64,000 bases of DNA, from the NCBI GenBank assembly GCA_036645955.1, contig JAVXND010000002.1, forward strand, positions 36,845-100,844. The letters run 5' to 3'. Numbering within the stretch: the first letter of the stretch is position 1; each line of letters opens with the position of its first letter. This stretch comes from Clostridia bacterium (GTDB lineage: Bacteria > Bacillota > Clostridia > Christensenellales > Aristaeellaceae). The translations under genes and the position numbers were made by a program. The notes below the pieces were generated by a model. That model had not been told where the DNA came from, did not search any database, and saw only the letters and a list, made by a program, of their open reading frames with translations. This document shows, piece by piece, positions 47,587 through 57,091 of this stretch.

Positions 47587-49413
47587 ATGAAACATACAAT
47601 GCGGGCGCTGTGGGCGCTCGTGAAGGAAAACAGCACCATGTATATCAGTGCGGTTTTTTGCACGCTCATGACGGTGATCATCGGCTTTGTAACGCCGCTG
47701 GTTTTTTCTGAAACCATCGACGTGGTGCTGTCTGGCGGCGCAAGCTTTATGCCAGAGTGGATCAAGGCACCCATTCGCGCATTGGGCGGACGCGCTTTCT
47801 TAAGAGATTCCTTTTGGGTAATTGCGGTTGGCTTGATCGTGCTCAACTTAATCAACGGTGTGTTTTCCTACTACAAGGAGCGCAACACAGCCATTGCGGG
47901 TGAGAACATCGCAAAAAACCTGCGCGAAAAGCTCTATCGCCAGTTAAGCTATTTATCCTTTAGCTACCATGTACGCGCCGAAACGGGCGATTTGATTCAG
48001 CGCTCCACAAGCGATGTGGAAACGGTAAGGCGCTTTTTGTCCGTACAGCTGGTGGAGGCAGTGCGTGCCATTTTAATGATGGGCATTGCTTTTGCCGTTT
48101 TGTTTACACGCAATGCGGAAATTGCGTTCTACAGCTTGATTTTGGTGCCAGCGATGTTTATTGCATCCTATGTGTTTTTTCGTAAAATTACCAAAAACTT
48201 TCTTTTGATGGACGAAAGCGAAGGCAAAATGAGCGCGGTGCTCCAAGAAAACCTGACGGGCGTGCGCGTGGTTCGCGCCTTTGGCATGCAACAGCGTGAG
48301 GTGGAAAAATTCGATGTTGCAAGCGAGGATTTTCGCAAAAAAACCTTCAAGCTCTCCAAATATTTGGCCATTTATTGGGGCAGTATGGATTGTGTGACCA
48401 TGCTTCAAATCATGGTCACATTGCTGATTTGTGTGGTAAAGGCCATAGCGGGTGAAATCAGCGTGGGCACATTGATTGTGTTTACGAGCTACATTTCCAT
48501 GCTGCTGTATCCCATTCGCCAGCTTGGCCGTATTTTAAGCGATGCGGGCAAGAGCATTGTTTCGCTCGGCCGTATTTGTGAGGTTTTGGAGGAAAAAGCG
48601 GAGGGTGAGGAACCCGATGCGCTCAAGCCGCCGCTTGACGGCGACATTGTTTTTGATCACGTTTTCTTTCGCTATGAAGAGGGCAACGAAGTCATCAGCG
48701 ACTTGAGCTTTACCATACCTGCAGGGAAAACGGTGGCTTTGCTGGGCAATACAGGCAGCGGCAAGAGCACCATCGTACATCTGCTGCAGCGCTTGATTGC
48801 GCCGGATTCGGGAACCATTACCATCGGCGGTGTGGATATTCAAAAAATAGACCGTCAGTATTTGCGCGCCCATGTTGGCTTGATGCTGCAGGAGCCCTTT
48901 CTTTACGGCAGAACGGTGATGGGCAACCTTTCCATTGCTGTGCCTGATGCGCCTGAAAGCACGGTGCTGGAAATGAGCCGAATTGCCCATGTGGATGGTT
49001 TTATTCGGGAGTTTGACAATGGGTATGACACCATTATTGGCGAGCGTGGCGTAACGCTTTCAGGCGGACAGCGCCAGCGTGTGGCCATTGCCCGCACCTT
49101 GCTCAAAGACAACGCTGTGCTCATTTTTGATGATAGCCTTTCCGCTGTGGACATGCAAACGGACCGCGCCATTCGAGAAGAATTGCGTAAAAAACGCAGC
49201 GGCGTAACCACAATCATCATCAGTCACCGCATCAATACACTTTGCGAAGCGGATCGCATTTTCGTACTGGAAAACGGAAAGCTTTCCCAAGAGGGTACAC
49301 ATGAAGAGCTTACCCATTGCAAGGGTCTATATCAACAAATATTCGCCATCCAATCCGCGTTGGAGGACGATCTTCAAAAGAGTCGGGACGCTGTTGCAAG
49401 GGAGGAAGTCTAA
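47587..49413 (+). CDS. ABC exporter permease/ATPase, subunit with non-catalytic Walker B (heterodimer partner 1)
   Basis: 6-TM domain plus NBD: GNTGSGKST, LSGGQRQRVAIAR, and Walker B LIFDDS (D in place of the catalytic E). Confidence 0.9.
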   Translation: MKHTMRALWALVKENSTMYISAVFCTLMTVIIGFVTPLVFSETIDVVLSGGASFMPEWIKAPIRALGGRAFLRDSFWVIAVGLIVLNLINGVFSYYKERNTAIAGENIAKNLREKLYRQLSYLSFSYHVRAETGDLIQRSTSDVETVRRFLSVQLVEAVRAILMMGIAFAVLFTRNAEIAFYSLILVPAMFIASYVFFRKITKNFLLMDESEGKMSAVLQENLTGVRVVRAFGMQQREVEKFDVASEDFRKKTFKLSKYLAIYWGSMDCVTMLQIMVTLLICVVKAIAGEISVGTLIVFTSYISMLLYPIRQLGRILSDAGKSIVSLGRICEVLEEKAEGEEPDALKPPLDGDIVFDHVFFRYEEGNEVISDLSFTIPAGKTVALLGNTGSGKSTIVHLLQRLIAPDSGTITIGGVDIQKIDRQYLRAHVGLMLQEPFLYGRTVMGNLSIAVPDAPESTVLEMSRIAHVDGFIREFDNGYDTIIGERGVTLSGGQRQRVAIARTLLKDNAVLIFDDSLSAVDMQTDRAIREELRKKRSGVTTIIISHRINTLCEADRIFVLENGKLSQEGTHEELTHCKGLYQQIFAIQSALEDDLQKSRDAVAREEV

Positions 49414-51254
49414 TGCAAGCGCATGAAGAAATTGATTATTCAAAAAAGCTGGATTTATCCTTATGGAAGCGACTGCTGCACATTGCAAAGCCTTTCCATA
49501 AGCATCTATACCTCGTCATCTTTTCCATGGGGTTATGCGCTATAGGGGATGTGATTTTCCCACAGCTTACGGGGTATGCCATAGACCATTTCATTGCCAA
49601 ACGCACCATGGAGGGCATGGGCGGCTTTGTTGCGCTGTACATGGCTGTGCTGGCAGTGCAGGTTGCATGCATCTATACCTTTTTGTACACCTCGGGTAAA
49701 ATTGAGGTGGGGGTATGCTATTTAATTCGCAAACAGGGCTTTCACAAGCTTCAGGAGCTGCCGTTTTCCTATTATGACCGCATGCCTGTGGGCTATTTGC
49801 TCAGCCGCATGACCACCGATACGCAGCGCTTGGCGGACACCATTGGCTGGTCCTTGCTGGATTTGGTTTGGGGTTTCATTTTCTTAATCATGTGCTCCAT
49901 TCAAATGTTCATACTAAATGCAAAGCTTGCGGCTGTGATTGTGCTTGTGCTGCCGCCTCTGGCCATTATCAGCATGAAATTCCAAAAGCATATCCTCAAA
50001 GCGTATCGCGAGGTACGCAAAACCAATTCAAAAATCACAGGTGCCTTTAATGAAGGCATCATGGGAGCTAAAACCACCAAAACACTGGTTCGGGAAGAAA
50101 AAAACATGGAGGAATTTGCGGAGCTTACCTCCAAAATGAAGCATTCCGCTGTGAGAGCCGCCACGCTTAGCGCCTTGTTTTTACCCATTGTGGTATCGCT
50201 TGGCTCGCTTGCAACAGCTTATGCACTGTATGAGGGCGGTTTGGAAGTGATGGCTTTGCCCGCAACGCTTACATTGGGTACCTTGCAGGTGTTTATCAGC
50301 TATTCACTGCAATTCTTCCAGCCTGTGCGCGATATTGCCCGTATCTTTGCGGAGCTTCAAAGCTCGCAGGCGGCGGCGGAGCGCGTGTTAAGCCTGCTGG
50401 CAACGGAACCAGACATCAAGGACAGCGACGAGGTGGTTGCCAAGTATGGCGATAACTTCCACCCGCTGAGGGAAAACTGGCCGCAGCTGCATGGCGACAT
50501 TACCTTTGAAGATGTCAGCTTTCGCTATCAGGACGGCGAGCAGGTTTTGAGCCATTTCAACCTGCACGTAAAAGCGGGGGAGAGCATTGCCCTTGTAGGT
50601 GAAACGGGCAGCGGCAAGAGCACCATTGTGAACCTCCTGTGCCGTTTTTATGAACCCACAGAGGGCAGAATTCTGATTGATGGGGACGATTATCAAACAA
50701 GGAGCCTGCTATGGCTTCAAAGCAACTTAGGCTATGTGCTTCAGCAGCCTCATATGTTTAGCGGCACCATACGCGATAACATCTGCTATGGCAAGCCTTG
50801 CGCGTGTGAGGAAGAGGTGGAACATGCGGCAAAGCTTGCGAATGCGCATACCTTTATTTCAGCACTGCCCAAGGGCTACGATACGCAGGTGGGCGAGGGC
50901 GGAAGCTTGCTTAGCTCTGGCGAAAAGCAATTGATTTCCTTCGCACGCGCTATATTGGTAGATCCCGCGCTGTTTATTTTGGACGAGGCAACCTCATCGG
51001 TGGATACGCACAGCGAAGCGCTGATTCAGCAAGCCATTACGGGCATTTTAAAGGGACGCACAAGCTTTATGATTGCGCACAGATTATCCACCGTGCGCCA
51101 AGCTGACCGCATTTTGGTTATTTCGGGCGGTAAGATCATCGAGCAAGGCACGCACGACCAATTGATTGTTCAAAAGGGCTATTACTACGATTTGTATACA
51201 GGGCAGTTTCAAGATGAACAGGGACAGGCGGTTTTGAACGCTGTCAAGGGGTAA
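49413..51254 (+). CDS. ABC exporter permease/ATPase, subunit with degenerate signature motif (heterodimer partner 2)
   Basis: GETGSGKST, signature SSGEKQ (degenerate), Walker B FILDEATS. TAATG overlap with partner 1. Confidence 0.9.
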   Translation: MQAHEEIDYSKKLDLSLWKRLLHIAKPFHKHLYLVIFSMGLCAIGDVIFPQLTGYAIDHFIAKRTMEGMGGFVALYMAVLAVQVACIYTFLYTSGKIEVGVCYLIRKQGFHKLQELPFSYYDRMPVGYLLSRMTTDTQRLADTIGWSLLDLVWGFIFLIMCSIQMFILNAKLAAVIVLVLPPLAIISMKFQKHILKAYREVRKTNSKITGAFNEGIMGAKTTKTLVREEKNMEEFAELTSKMKHSAVRAATLSALFLPIVVSLGSLATAYALYEGGLEVMALPATLTLGTLQVFISYSLQFFQPVRDIARIFAELQSSQAAAERVLSLLATEPDIKDSDEVVAKYGDNFHPLRENWPQLHGDITFEDVSFRYQDGEQVLSHFNLHVKAGESIALVGETGSGKSTIVNLLCRFYEPTEGRILIDGDDYQTRSLLWLQSNLGYVLQQPHMFSGTIRDNICYGKPCACEEEVEHAAKLANAHTFISALPKGYDTQVGEGGSLLSSGEKQLISFARAILVDPALFILDEATSSVDTHSEALIQQAITGILKGRTSFMIAHRLSTVRQADRILVISGGKIIEQGTHDQLIVQKGYYYDLYTGQFQDEQGQAVLNAVKG

Positions 51255-51256
51255 GA

Positions 51257-51299
51257 AAAGGCTCCAGCATCAATTCAAATGTTGCTGGAGCCTTTTGTT
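51257..51299. terminator. Bidirectional rho-independent terminator
   Basis: AAAGGCTCCAGCA - 13-nt loop - TGCTGGAGCCTTT followed by TGTTT. Confidence 0.8.
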
Positions 51300-51314
51300 T
51301 GGGTTGTATTTTGG

Positions 51315-52433
51315 TTAGGAGTGCCGTTTTCGCATATGGATGCTGACGGCTATGCCAAGCCCACACATTGCACACAGAAGCGCAATGACAAGCAAACCTA
51401 TGGGGGTATGATCACCAGTGCTAGGAGGAGGGGTTACGGCTGTGCCATCTGTCACGGTGATGGTTGTTGAAACCGAGTTGTTTTTATAATAATCGCCCCT
51501 CAAGCCTATGGTTACAATATGCTTCCCTGCGCTTAGTGTGTTTAAGTAGAGCGGATTCATCCGAATCACAATACTGCCATCATGAACGGTGTATGTATTT
51601 GTGCCCGGCAGAACTTTGTTTCCGTCCATCAGCAAATATGAAAAATTATTTGAATTGAAACGCGCAAGCTCTGAACCTATGGTTATGTTCATCACATCCG
51701 CTTTACCCATTGTAATTACGGAGGAAGGCGAGCAGCTGACGGAAGGTGCTTCTAAGATGGTGATGGTTGTTGAAAGTATCATGCCTTCGTAAGGAGCCAA
51801 TCTCAAGCCTATGGTTATGGTGTGCTTCCCAAGGCTTAATGCTTTCAAGTATTTTGGTTGCAACTTAATAATAATGGAGTTGATATCTGGATAATGCCAA
51901 TAAACATAGGTATCTAAACTGGCTGAAATTTTGACCCCATCCATCATAAAATATGAAAAATTATTCACATAGAAACCTGGAATATTTGAAACAAGGAATA
52001 TGGGTACTTCATTGTCATTGCTTGCATTAATGGTTAATGGGGGTGAGATACTTACCGTGGCTTTGGCGTCGATGGTAATGGAAAACGCAGCGGTATCGGT
52101 TTGACCTGCCCCATCGCTGGCTTTGACCGTAAAATTGGCTGTTTGTACTTTGGTGGGGTTGCCGCTTAGCACACCTGCACCGGATAGGATCAAACCATCG
52201 GGCAGACTGCCGCTTTCTATGAGCCATGTAATGGGGGCGTTACCTGTTGCAGTTAATGTATGGCTGTATGGAGCATTTACGGCACCCACACACGGAACGT
52301 TGCTTTTGTCAATTATCAGGGCGGTGGGTGATCCATTGGTGACCTGACCCTCCGATGCCATTGAAATGCCTGGGATAATGCTGCATATCATCATCATGAT
52401 GATGAATGTGAGTATTAGGATGGAACGTTTCAT
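51315..52433 (-). CDS. Cell-surface protein: signal peptide, He_PIG/cadherin-like Ig domain, two ~97-aa internal repeats, PPSTG sorting-signal-like C-terminus
   Basis: - Signal peptide MKRSILILTFIIMMMICSII.
- YSHTLTATGNAPITWLIESGSLPDGLILSGAGVLSGNP (putative Ig domain).
- Repeat pair NNFSY(F/L)(M/L)MDG...LS(L/A)GKH(T/I)(I/V)TIGLR.
- Tail is PPSTG, a hydrophobic stretch, then RKRHS.
- Lower GC than its neighbours. Confidence 0.75.
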   Translation of the reverse strand: MKRSILILTFIIMMMICSIIPGISMASEGQVTNGSPTALIIDKSNVPCVGAVNAPYSHTLTATGNAPITWLIESGSLPDGLILSGAGVLSGNPTKVQTANFTVKASDGAGQTDTAAFSITIDAKATVSISPPLTINASNDNEVPIFLVSNIPGFYVNNFSYFMMDGVKISASLDTYVYWHYPDINSIIIKLQPKYLKALSLGKHTITIGLRLAPYEGMILSTTITILEAPSVSCSPSSVITMGKADVMNITIGSELARFNSNNFSYLLMDGNKVLPGTNTYTVHDGSIVIRMNPLYLNTLSAGKHIVTIGLRGDYYKNNSVSTTITVTDGTAVTPPPSTGDHTPIGLLVIALLCAMCGLGIAVSIHMRKRHS

Positions 52434-52685
52434 TTTAAACAATTCCTTTCACTGTGTTCAAGGCACAGGCAGCTCTGAAATATGGACATAACAGCCTTAA
52501 CTGTCAATAATTATAGTGTATCATACAGAAAGCATGAAGTAAATATAAAATGAAAATAAAGTAAAAAATATGCATATGATGATACGTGTGCCGAAAGGTT
52601 TTCTGGCTGGATCGCTGGGTTGGTGAACGCAAACTGGGAGAACACTATATATGGTGCCCCTACAAGGAATGCAGTATTCATGCTA

Positions 52686-52730
52686 CCAAAACAAACGGCT
52701 GGGGCAAAATGCCTCAGCCGTTTGTTTTGG
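52686..52730 (-). terminator. Terminator hairpin downstream of the hydrogenase unit
   Basis: CCAAAACAAACGGCTG - 13-nt loop - CAGCCGTTTGTTTTGG, located 8 nt after the hydA-like stop. Confidence 0.75.
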
Positions 52731-52737
52731 TGCTTGT

Positions 52738-54171
52738 TTATTCTTGATAACTGCACTGCGATAGCGCATCACTGATGGTTTTTTCGTAGGCCTCGCGCCC
52801 GTACTTGTCCACCTCGTTTTTATCCTTTTCGCCATGCGTGAGACAGCCCGCACCGCCGATACAGCCGCCCACACAGGCCATACCCTCGATAAAGTTCTCC
52901 TTCAGCACACCCTTTTGAAGCTTGAGAAGCGCAATGCGGCAGGCCTCAATGCCATCGCATGCAACGGGGTTCAGAATAAAATCGGTGTTGCCGCGCTCCT
53001 TGAGCGCCTCTGCAACCGCGTCCGTTAAGCCGCCGCTTCTGGCAAAGATACGGCCATAGAAGCTGGCGTTGTCCAAAACACCCTCCTCAAGCGCGGACAT
53101 GTCAATATCGCGGCTGTCAATCCATGCTTGCAGCTCTGAAAAGGTCAGCACACAATCGATGTAGGGCTTGACGCGTTCCAGCTGTGCTTCGTGTTTCTTG
53201 GCGGTACAGGGGCCGATAAAGATGATTTTTGCAGTCGGATCGGTTTTTTTGATAAAGCGCGCAACCTCGGCCATGGGGGAGAGGTTACTGCTGACATATT
53301 TTTTAAGCGCAGGGTATGTTTTTTCGATGTAGGTGACAAAGGCAGGGCAGCAGGAGGAGGTAAGCAACCCTTTTTCTGTTAACTCGCCCGCCTCGCGGTG
53401 AGCTACCATGTCTGCGCCTAAAGCGGCTTCAACGGTGCTGTAAAAGCCCAGCACCTTGAGCGCTGTAATAACCTGCCCAAGCTTTGCATATACAAATTGG
53501 CTGGAGATGGAGGGGGCCACCACGGCATATACCTTGTACTGTTGGTTGTTTTGGCTTTCCCGAATCATGGAAATCGCATTCAACAGGAAGGATTTTTCTT
53601 GGATGGCACCAAAGGGACATTGGTATACGCATGCGCCGCAAGCGGTGCATTTGTTGTCGTCAATCACGGCGACGTGGTTTTCGCCAGAGGTGATGGCCTT
53701 GACCTTGCAGGCGCGTTCGCAGGGGCGCACATGGTTTTGAATGGCGCTGTAAGGGCAGACGGCGGCGCATTTGCCGCAGTTGACACATTTGTCGGGATCA
53801 ATATGCGCGTGGTGGTTCTGATCGAAGGTGATGGCTTTTCTAGGGCATACACTACTGCAACGGTGCGCAAGGCATCCACGGCAATCACTGCTTACTTTGT
53901 AGCCGCTGGTTGGGCATTCGTCACAGGCAATGCCAATAACCTCAACAATATTTGCGTTGCTTGGGTCGCCGCCCATGGCAAGCTTTACGCGTTCCGCTAC
54001 GATGGCGCGTTCCTTATAAACACAGCAACGCATGGTGCTATTGGGGCCAGGGGAAATAACCTTGGGAATGTCCAAATAACAATCCCTCAAGGTATTGTCG
54101 TAGGCGTGCTTGGCAACCTCCTTGAGCACATTGTATTTCAGCTTTTGTACGTAGGTATCAAATAAATGCAT
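52738..54171 (-). CDS. [FeFe]-hydrogenase, catalytic type with multiple N-terminal [4Fe-4S] motifs (HydA2-like; probably group B)
   Basis: Several CxxCxxCxxxCP motifs. H-cluster motifs are TSSCCPAF (L1), GPCTAKKHE (L2) and EGMACVGGCIGGAGC (L3). Confidence 0.85.
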   Translation of the reverse strand: MHLFDTYVQKLKYNVLKEVAKHAYDNTLRDCYLDIPKVISPGPNSTMRCCVYKERAIVAERVKLAMGGDPSNANIVEVIGIACDECPTSGYKVSSDCRGCLAHRCSSVCPRKAITFDQNHHAHIDPDKCVNCGKCAAVCPYSAIQNHVRPCERACKVKAITSGENHVAVIDDNKCTACGACVYQCPFGAIQEKSFLLNAISMIRESQNNQQYKVYAVVAPSISSQFVYAKLGQVITALKVLGFYSTVEAALGADMVAHREAGELTEKGLLTSSCCPAFVTYIEKTYPALKKYVSSNLSPMAEVARFIKKTDPTAKIIFIGPCTAKKHEAQLERVKPYIDCVLTFSELQAWIDSRDIDMSALEEGVLDNASFYGRIFARSGGLTDAVAEALKERGNTDFILNPVACDGIEACRIALLKLQKGVLKENFIEGMACVGGCIGGAGCLTHGEKDKNEVDKYGREAYEKTISDALSQCSYQE

Positions 54172-54190
54172 AATGCCCTCCAGTGTAGCT

Positions 54191-55363
54191 TTAGAAGTAG
54201 GATAGCCGTATGTGCTTGCCCATGCGCTTTAAGCAATCCGCAAGGCTTTGAATGAGCTGCTGTTTAATGCCGAAGGTAATGGGGAGATTTGGGTTTTGGT
54301 GCGCGGGGTTGATGGCACGGCCAACAAAGAAGTTGATATCCGTGGCGTTTTCAAAAAGCTCCTTGGCAATGAGGCTCGCACCATCCTTTTGTGTAATCCA
54401 TTGAGGCACGAGCTTGGCACTATCCAAAAAATCCTCTGCGTAAGCAAGCACCTTGGAAAGGGTGACAACGCCCTCCGTGACCAATTCAACGCCCTCGATT
54501 TCGCTGATGGGCGGAACCTCGGGGTCGGGATAGCTAAGAGAGGCAATCAGCGGCTTTTTGAGATAGCGTGCCACCAAACTGCTTGTGGTGCCGCCGCATA
54601 CTATTCTAGTCCCTTCCTTGGCAAAAAACAAGTTCAACATGCGGGTATCTTGATCCTTGTTTTCAGGGGGACCCACCACCAGGTTCACAGGATGGCGGCT
54701 TCGTACCCTTACCACGGCGATGGTGGTATCATCCCCGGGCTTGCCGCCATAGAGGCGGTTGCATTCGTCGGTGATTAAACCCGCTGTGGATTTGGCGCTG
54801 TTTTCGGCGAGATAGTTGCACATCACATAATCAGCAATGCTGTCGCGTGTCCAGCCAAAGTTGAAGGTTTGACCCACTCCCGCAAATTCAGCGCCATCGC
54901 TCATGGCAATCAAAACATCGTCCACTTCAATTGGGAAAGTGCTTTCCCAAATGGTTTTGCCGGCAATCACGCGCGTTTCCTTTGGGTAATCAAACATTTC
55001 GCCTTTGCGCAGTACAATGGTGGCGGGGTTGTCAAACTGAATAATTTGCGCGGTTCGGTTTTCCTTGATGCTGATAATGGTGAAGGTTGAATATGCCACT
55101 TGGCGCACACTGCATACAGGCAGGGTGCTGGCAATGGTGCTGACGCAGTCCTCAATGGGAATGCCGCCCGAAATCATGGTGCACAAAATTTTGCTGGTGA
55201 GTGTGGAAAGAATGTTGGCTTTTACGCCGCTTCCCAAACCATCGGCTAGTACGAGGGTTAGATTTTCATCTCCGCCGCCGCTCATTTCCACACGATCGCC
55301 GCAGAGGGATTCACCTGATTTGTTCAGGCTGATATAGCCAGTTTCGGTCCATAGATCATTCAT
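54191..55363 (-). CDS. SpoIIE/PP2C-family protein phosphatase with ~165-aa C-terminal domain of unknown function
   Basis: ESLCGDRVE, LVLADGLGSGVKA, AMSDGA and GDDTTIAVVRV (PP2C metal-binding Asp motifs). There is an 8-nt overlap with the upstream hydS-like gene. Confidence 0.85.
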   Translation of the reverse strand: MNDLWTETGYISLNKSGESLCGDRVEMSGGGDENLTLVLADGLGSGVKANILSTLTSKILCTMISGGIPIEDCVSTIASTLPVCSVRQVAYSTFTIISIKENRTAQIIQFDNPATIVLRKGEMFDYPKETRVIAGKTIWESTFPIEVDDVLIAMSDGAEFAGVGQTFNFGWTRDSIADYVMCNYLAENSAKSTAGLITDECNRLYGGKPGDDTTIAVVRVRSRHPVNLVVGPPENKDQDTRMLNLFFAKEGTRIVCGGTTSSLVARYLKKPLIASLSYPDPEVPPISEIEGVELVTEGVVTLSKVLAYAEDFLDSAKLVPQWITQKDGASLIAKELFENATDINFFVGRAINPAHQNPNLPITFGIKQQLIQSLADCLKRMGKHIRLSYF

Positions 55364-57023
55364 GGCTCATCGCATCCTTTAGCTTGGTGAGGGCAATCTT
55401 GGTTTCCGCGGTGGTTTCACCTAGAAGAGAAGCTATTTCTTGCACCACGCGCATTTGCTTATCGATGACCTTGTCGGCGGTTTCAACGGTGCTTCGGCGA
55501 AGCGCCGCGTCCTGCCCGCGCAGGTTTTCGCGTTCGGTCACATCGCGCAGCAGGGAAATAACAATGTGGTATTGATGATCGTACAGTATGGTTTCTTCTA
55601 CAAAGCACTGATATTCAGCTAAATAATGCTCAATGGTAGAGGAGCTGAGCGCAGAGTTGATAATGTTTTGATAGTTTGCGGGGTTTAGGATGCGCACCAC
55701 ATGTTCATGCAAAATATCGGAGGCGGCGGTCAGCTTAAACATGCGCACAGCGGCGCGGTTGATTTGCTGTACAACCAAGTCCTCGTCCATAACAAGAATG
55801 GCGTTGGGGGTGTTGTTGATAATGGTATCGGAGAAGCTTTCCGCCTTTTCTTTTAAAAAGGGCAGGCACATTTCAATTTTGGCTTTTCCTTCTAAAATGG
55901 CAATGGCTTTTTCGCGGCAGGTGGGGTAACCACAGCTTGCGCAGTTGAGTTCTTTGTCGGGCGAGGTTTTGCCCATTTTGAAGAGCATGGCAGAAATGGT
56001 TTCAGAGCCGAACTGCACAGGCTTGCCGCCCAAAAAGGCAAAGGAATGCCCCAAATCACGCGGCGATTCCACTTGATAGCGAAGATCGCCTGCATAGGTA
56101 TCAACGCGCAGCGTGCCCTTCAAGCGGCGCTCGTGATGCTCGCGAATGCAGGGGCCGTTGATACAGCTGCCTTCACAGGCGCTCATTTCGATAAAAACAT
56201 CGCTCATGGTGCCGTTTTCAAGCTCTTCAAACACAGCGCGGCAGTTGTCCACACCATCAATGGCTACGCGGCGATAGCCCTCTACTTTTTCAGTGGCCTT
56301 TAAAATGCCGCCTGTGGCAGGATAAAAGCGCGCTTGCATTCCATTGCCTGAAAGTGTGCGTTCGGCAGGTAAATCAATGTTTTCTTGTGCAAACCAATCC
56401 CGAAGCTCGTCGTAGGTGAGCGCTACATCGGTATAGGGGCTATCGTCCGCTTCGGCTTTTTTGGCAATGCAGGGGCCGATAAAAACGGCGAATGCATCGG
56501 GGTCCTGTTCTTTGATATATTTGCAATGCGCCTGCATAGGCGACAGAACTTTTGCAAGGTAGGGGAGCATGGAGGGATGGTACTTTTGAATCAGCTGATT
56601 AATGGAAGGGCAGCAGCTGGAAATCAGCACGCCTTGTTTTTTGCTCCGCATGATGTGAGCATATTCATCGCTGACCATTTGGGCGCCGATTGCGGTTTCC
56701 TCCACGCGGGAAAAGCCAAGCGCTTTTAAAGCCTTTTCCATTACCGCAAGGGATGAAATGCGGAAATCGGCAATAAAGGAAGGCGCAAGACTGCAAACAA
56801 CATGCTTGCCAGAAGCAATGGCGGCCTTTACGCGCCCAAGATCGCTTCGAACTTGCTTTGCTTTTTGAGGGCAGACCACAAAGCAGCTTCCGCATAAAAT
56901 ACACTCATCATGCACAATTTCGGCGGTGTCGTTGGCAAAGGTGATGGCTTTGACGGAACAAGTACGGATGCATTTATAGCAATCCACACAATTGTTTTTA
57001 TTAAGATTCAGAACTTCAAGCAT
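55356..57023 (-). CDS. hydS: Sensory-type [FeFe]-hydrogenase-like protein with C-terminal Cys4 motif and PAS domain (HydS-like, group C)
   Basis: - N-terminal 2x[4Fe-4S] (CVDCYKCIRTCS, CILCGSCFVVCP).
- H-cluster motifs SSCCPS, GPCIAKKAE and EMSACEGSCINGPC.
- Then CASCGYPTCREKA...C and a PAS-like region (IINNTPNAILVMDEDLVVQQINRAA).
- Start is ATG 57023 after AAAGGAG. Confidence 0.8.
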   Translation of the reverse strand: MLEVLNLNKNNCVDCYKCIRTCSVKAITFANDTAEIVHDECILCGSCFVVCPQKAKQVRSDLGRVKAAIASGKHVVCSLAPSFIADFRISSLAVMEKALKALGFSRVEETAIGAQMVSDEYAHIMRSKKQGVLISSCCPSINQLIQKYHPSMLPYLAKVLSPMQAHCKYIKEQDPDAFAVFIGPCIAKKAEADDSPYTDVALTYDELRDWFAQENIDLPAERTLSGNGMQARFYPATGGILKATEKVEGYRRVAIDGVDNCRAVFEELENGTMSDVFIEMSACEGSCINGPCIREHHERRLKGTLRVDTYAGDLRYQVESPRDLGHSFAFLGGKPVQFGSETISAMLFKMGKTSPDKELNCASCGYPTCREKAIAILEGKAKIEMCLPFLKEKAESFSDTIINNTPNAILVMDEDLVVQQINRAAVRMFKLTAASDILHEHVVRILNPANYQNIINSALSSSTIEHYLAEYQCFVEETILYDHQYHIVISLLRDVTERENLRGQDAALRRSTVETADKVIDKQMRVVQEIASLLGETTAETKIALTKLKDAMSHE

Positions 57024-57091
57024 GCTAAGCGCTCCTTTAATATGAAAGAAAGGGGGCTGCTGCATAGCGCATCGGCCCCCTGCTTTGCCTC

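Noticed and set aside
52388-52405. Perfect 18-bp palindrome TCATCATCATGATGATGA.
   Set aside because: It lies inside the signal-peptide coding region (IIMMMI) of the surface protein. It is most simply a by-product of Ile/Met codons rather than a regulatory site.
53497-54165. 222-aa plus-strand ORF.
   Set aside because: It is antisense to the hydrogenase gene, with low-complexity G/A/V-rich translation and no start context. It is a shadow ORF.
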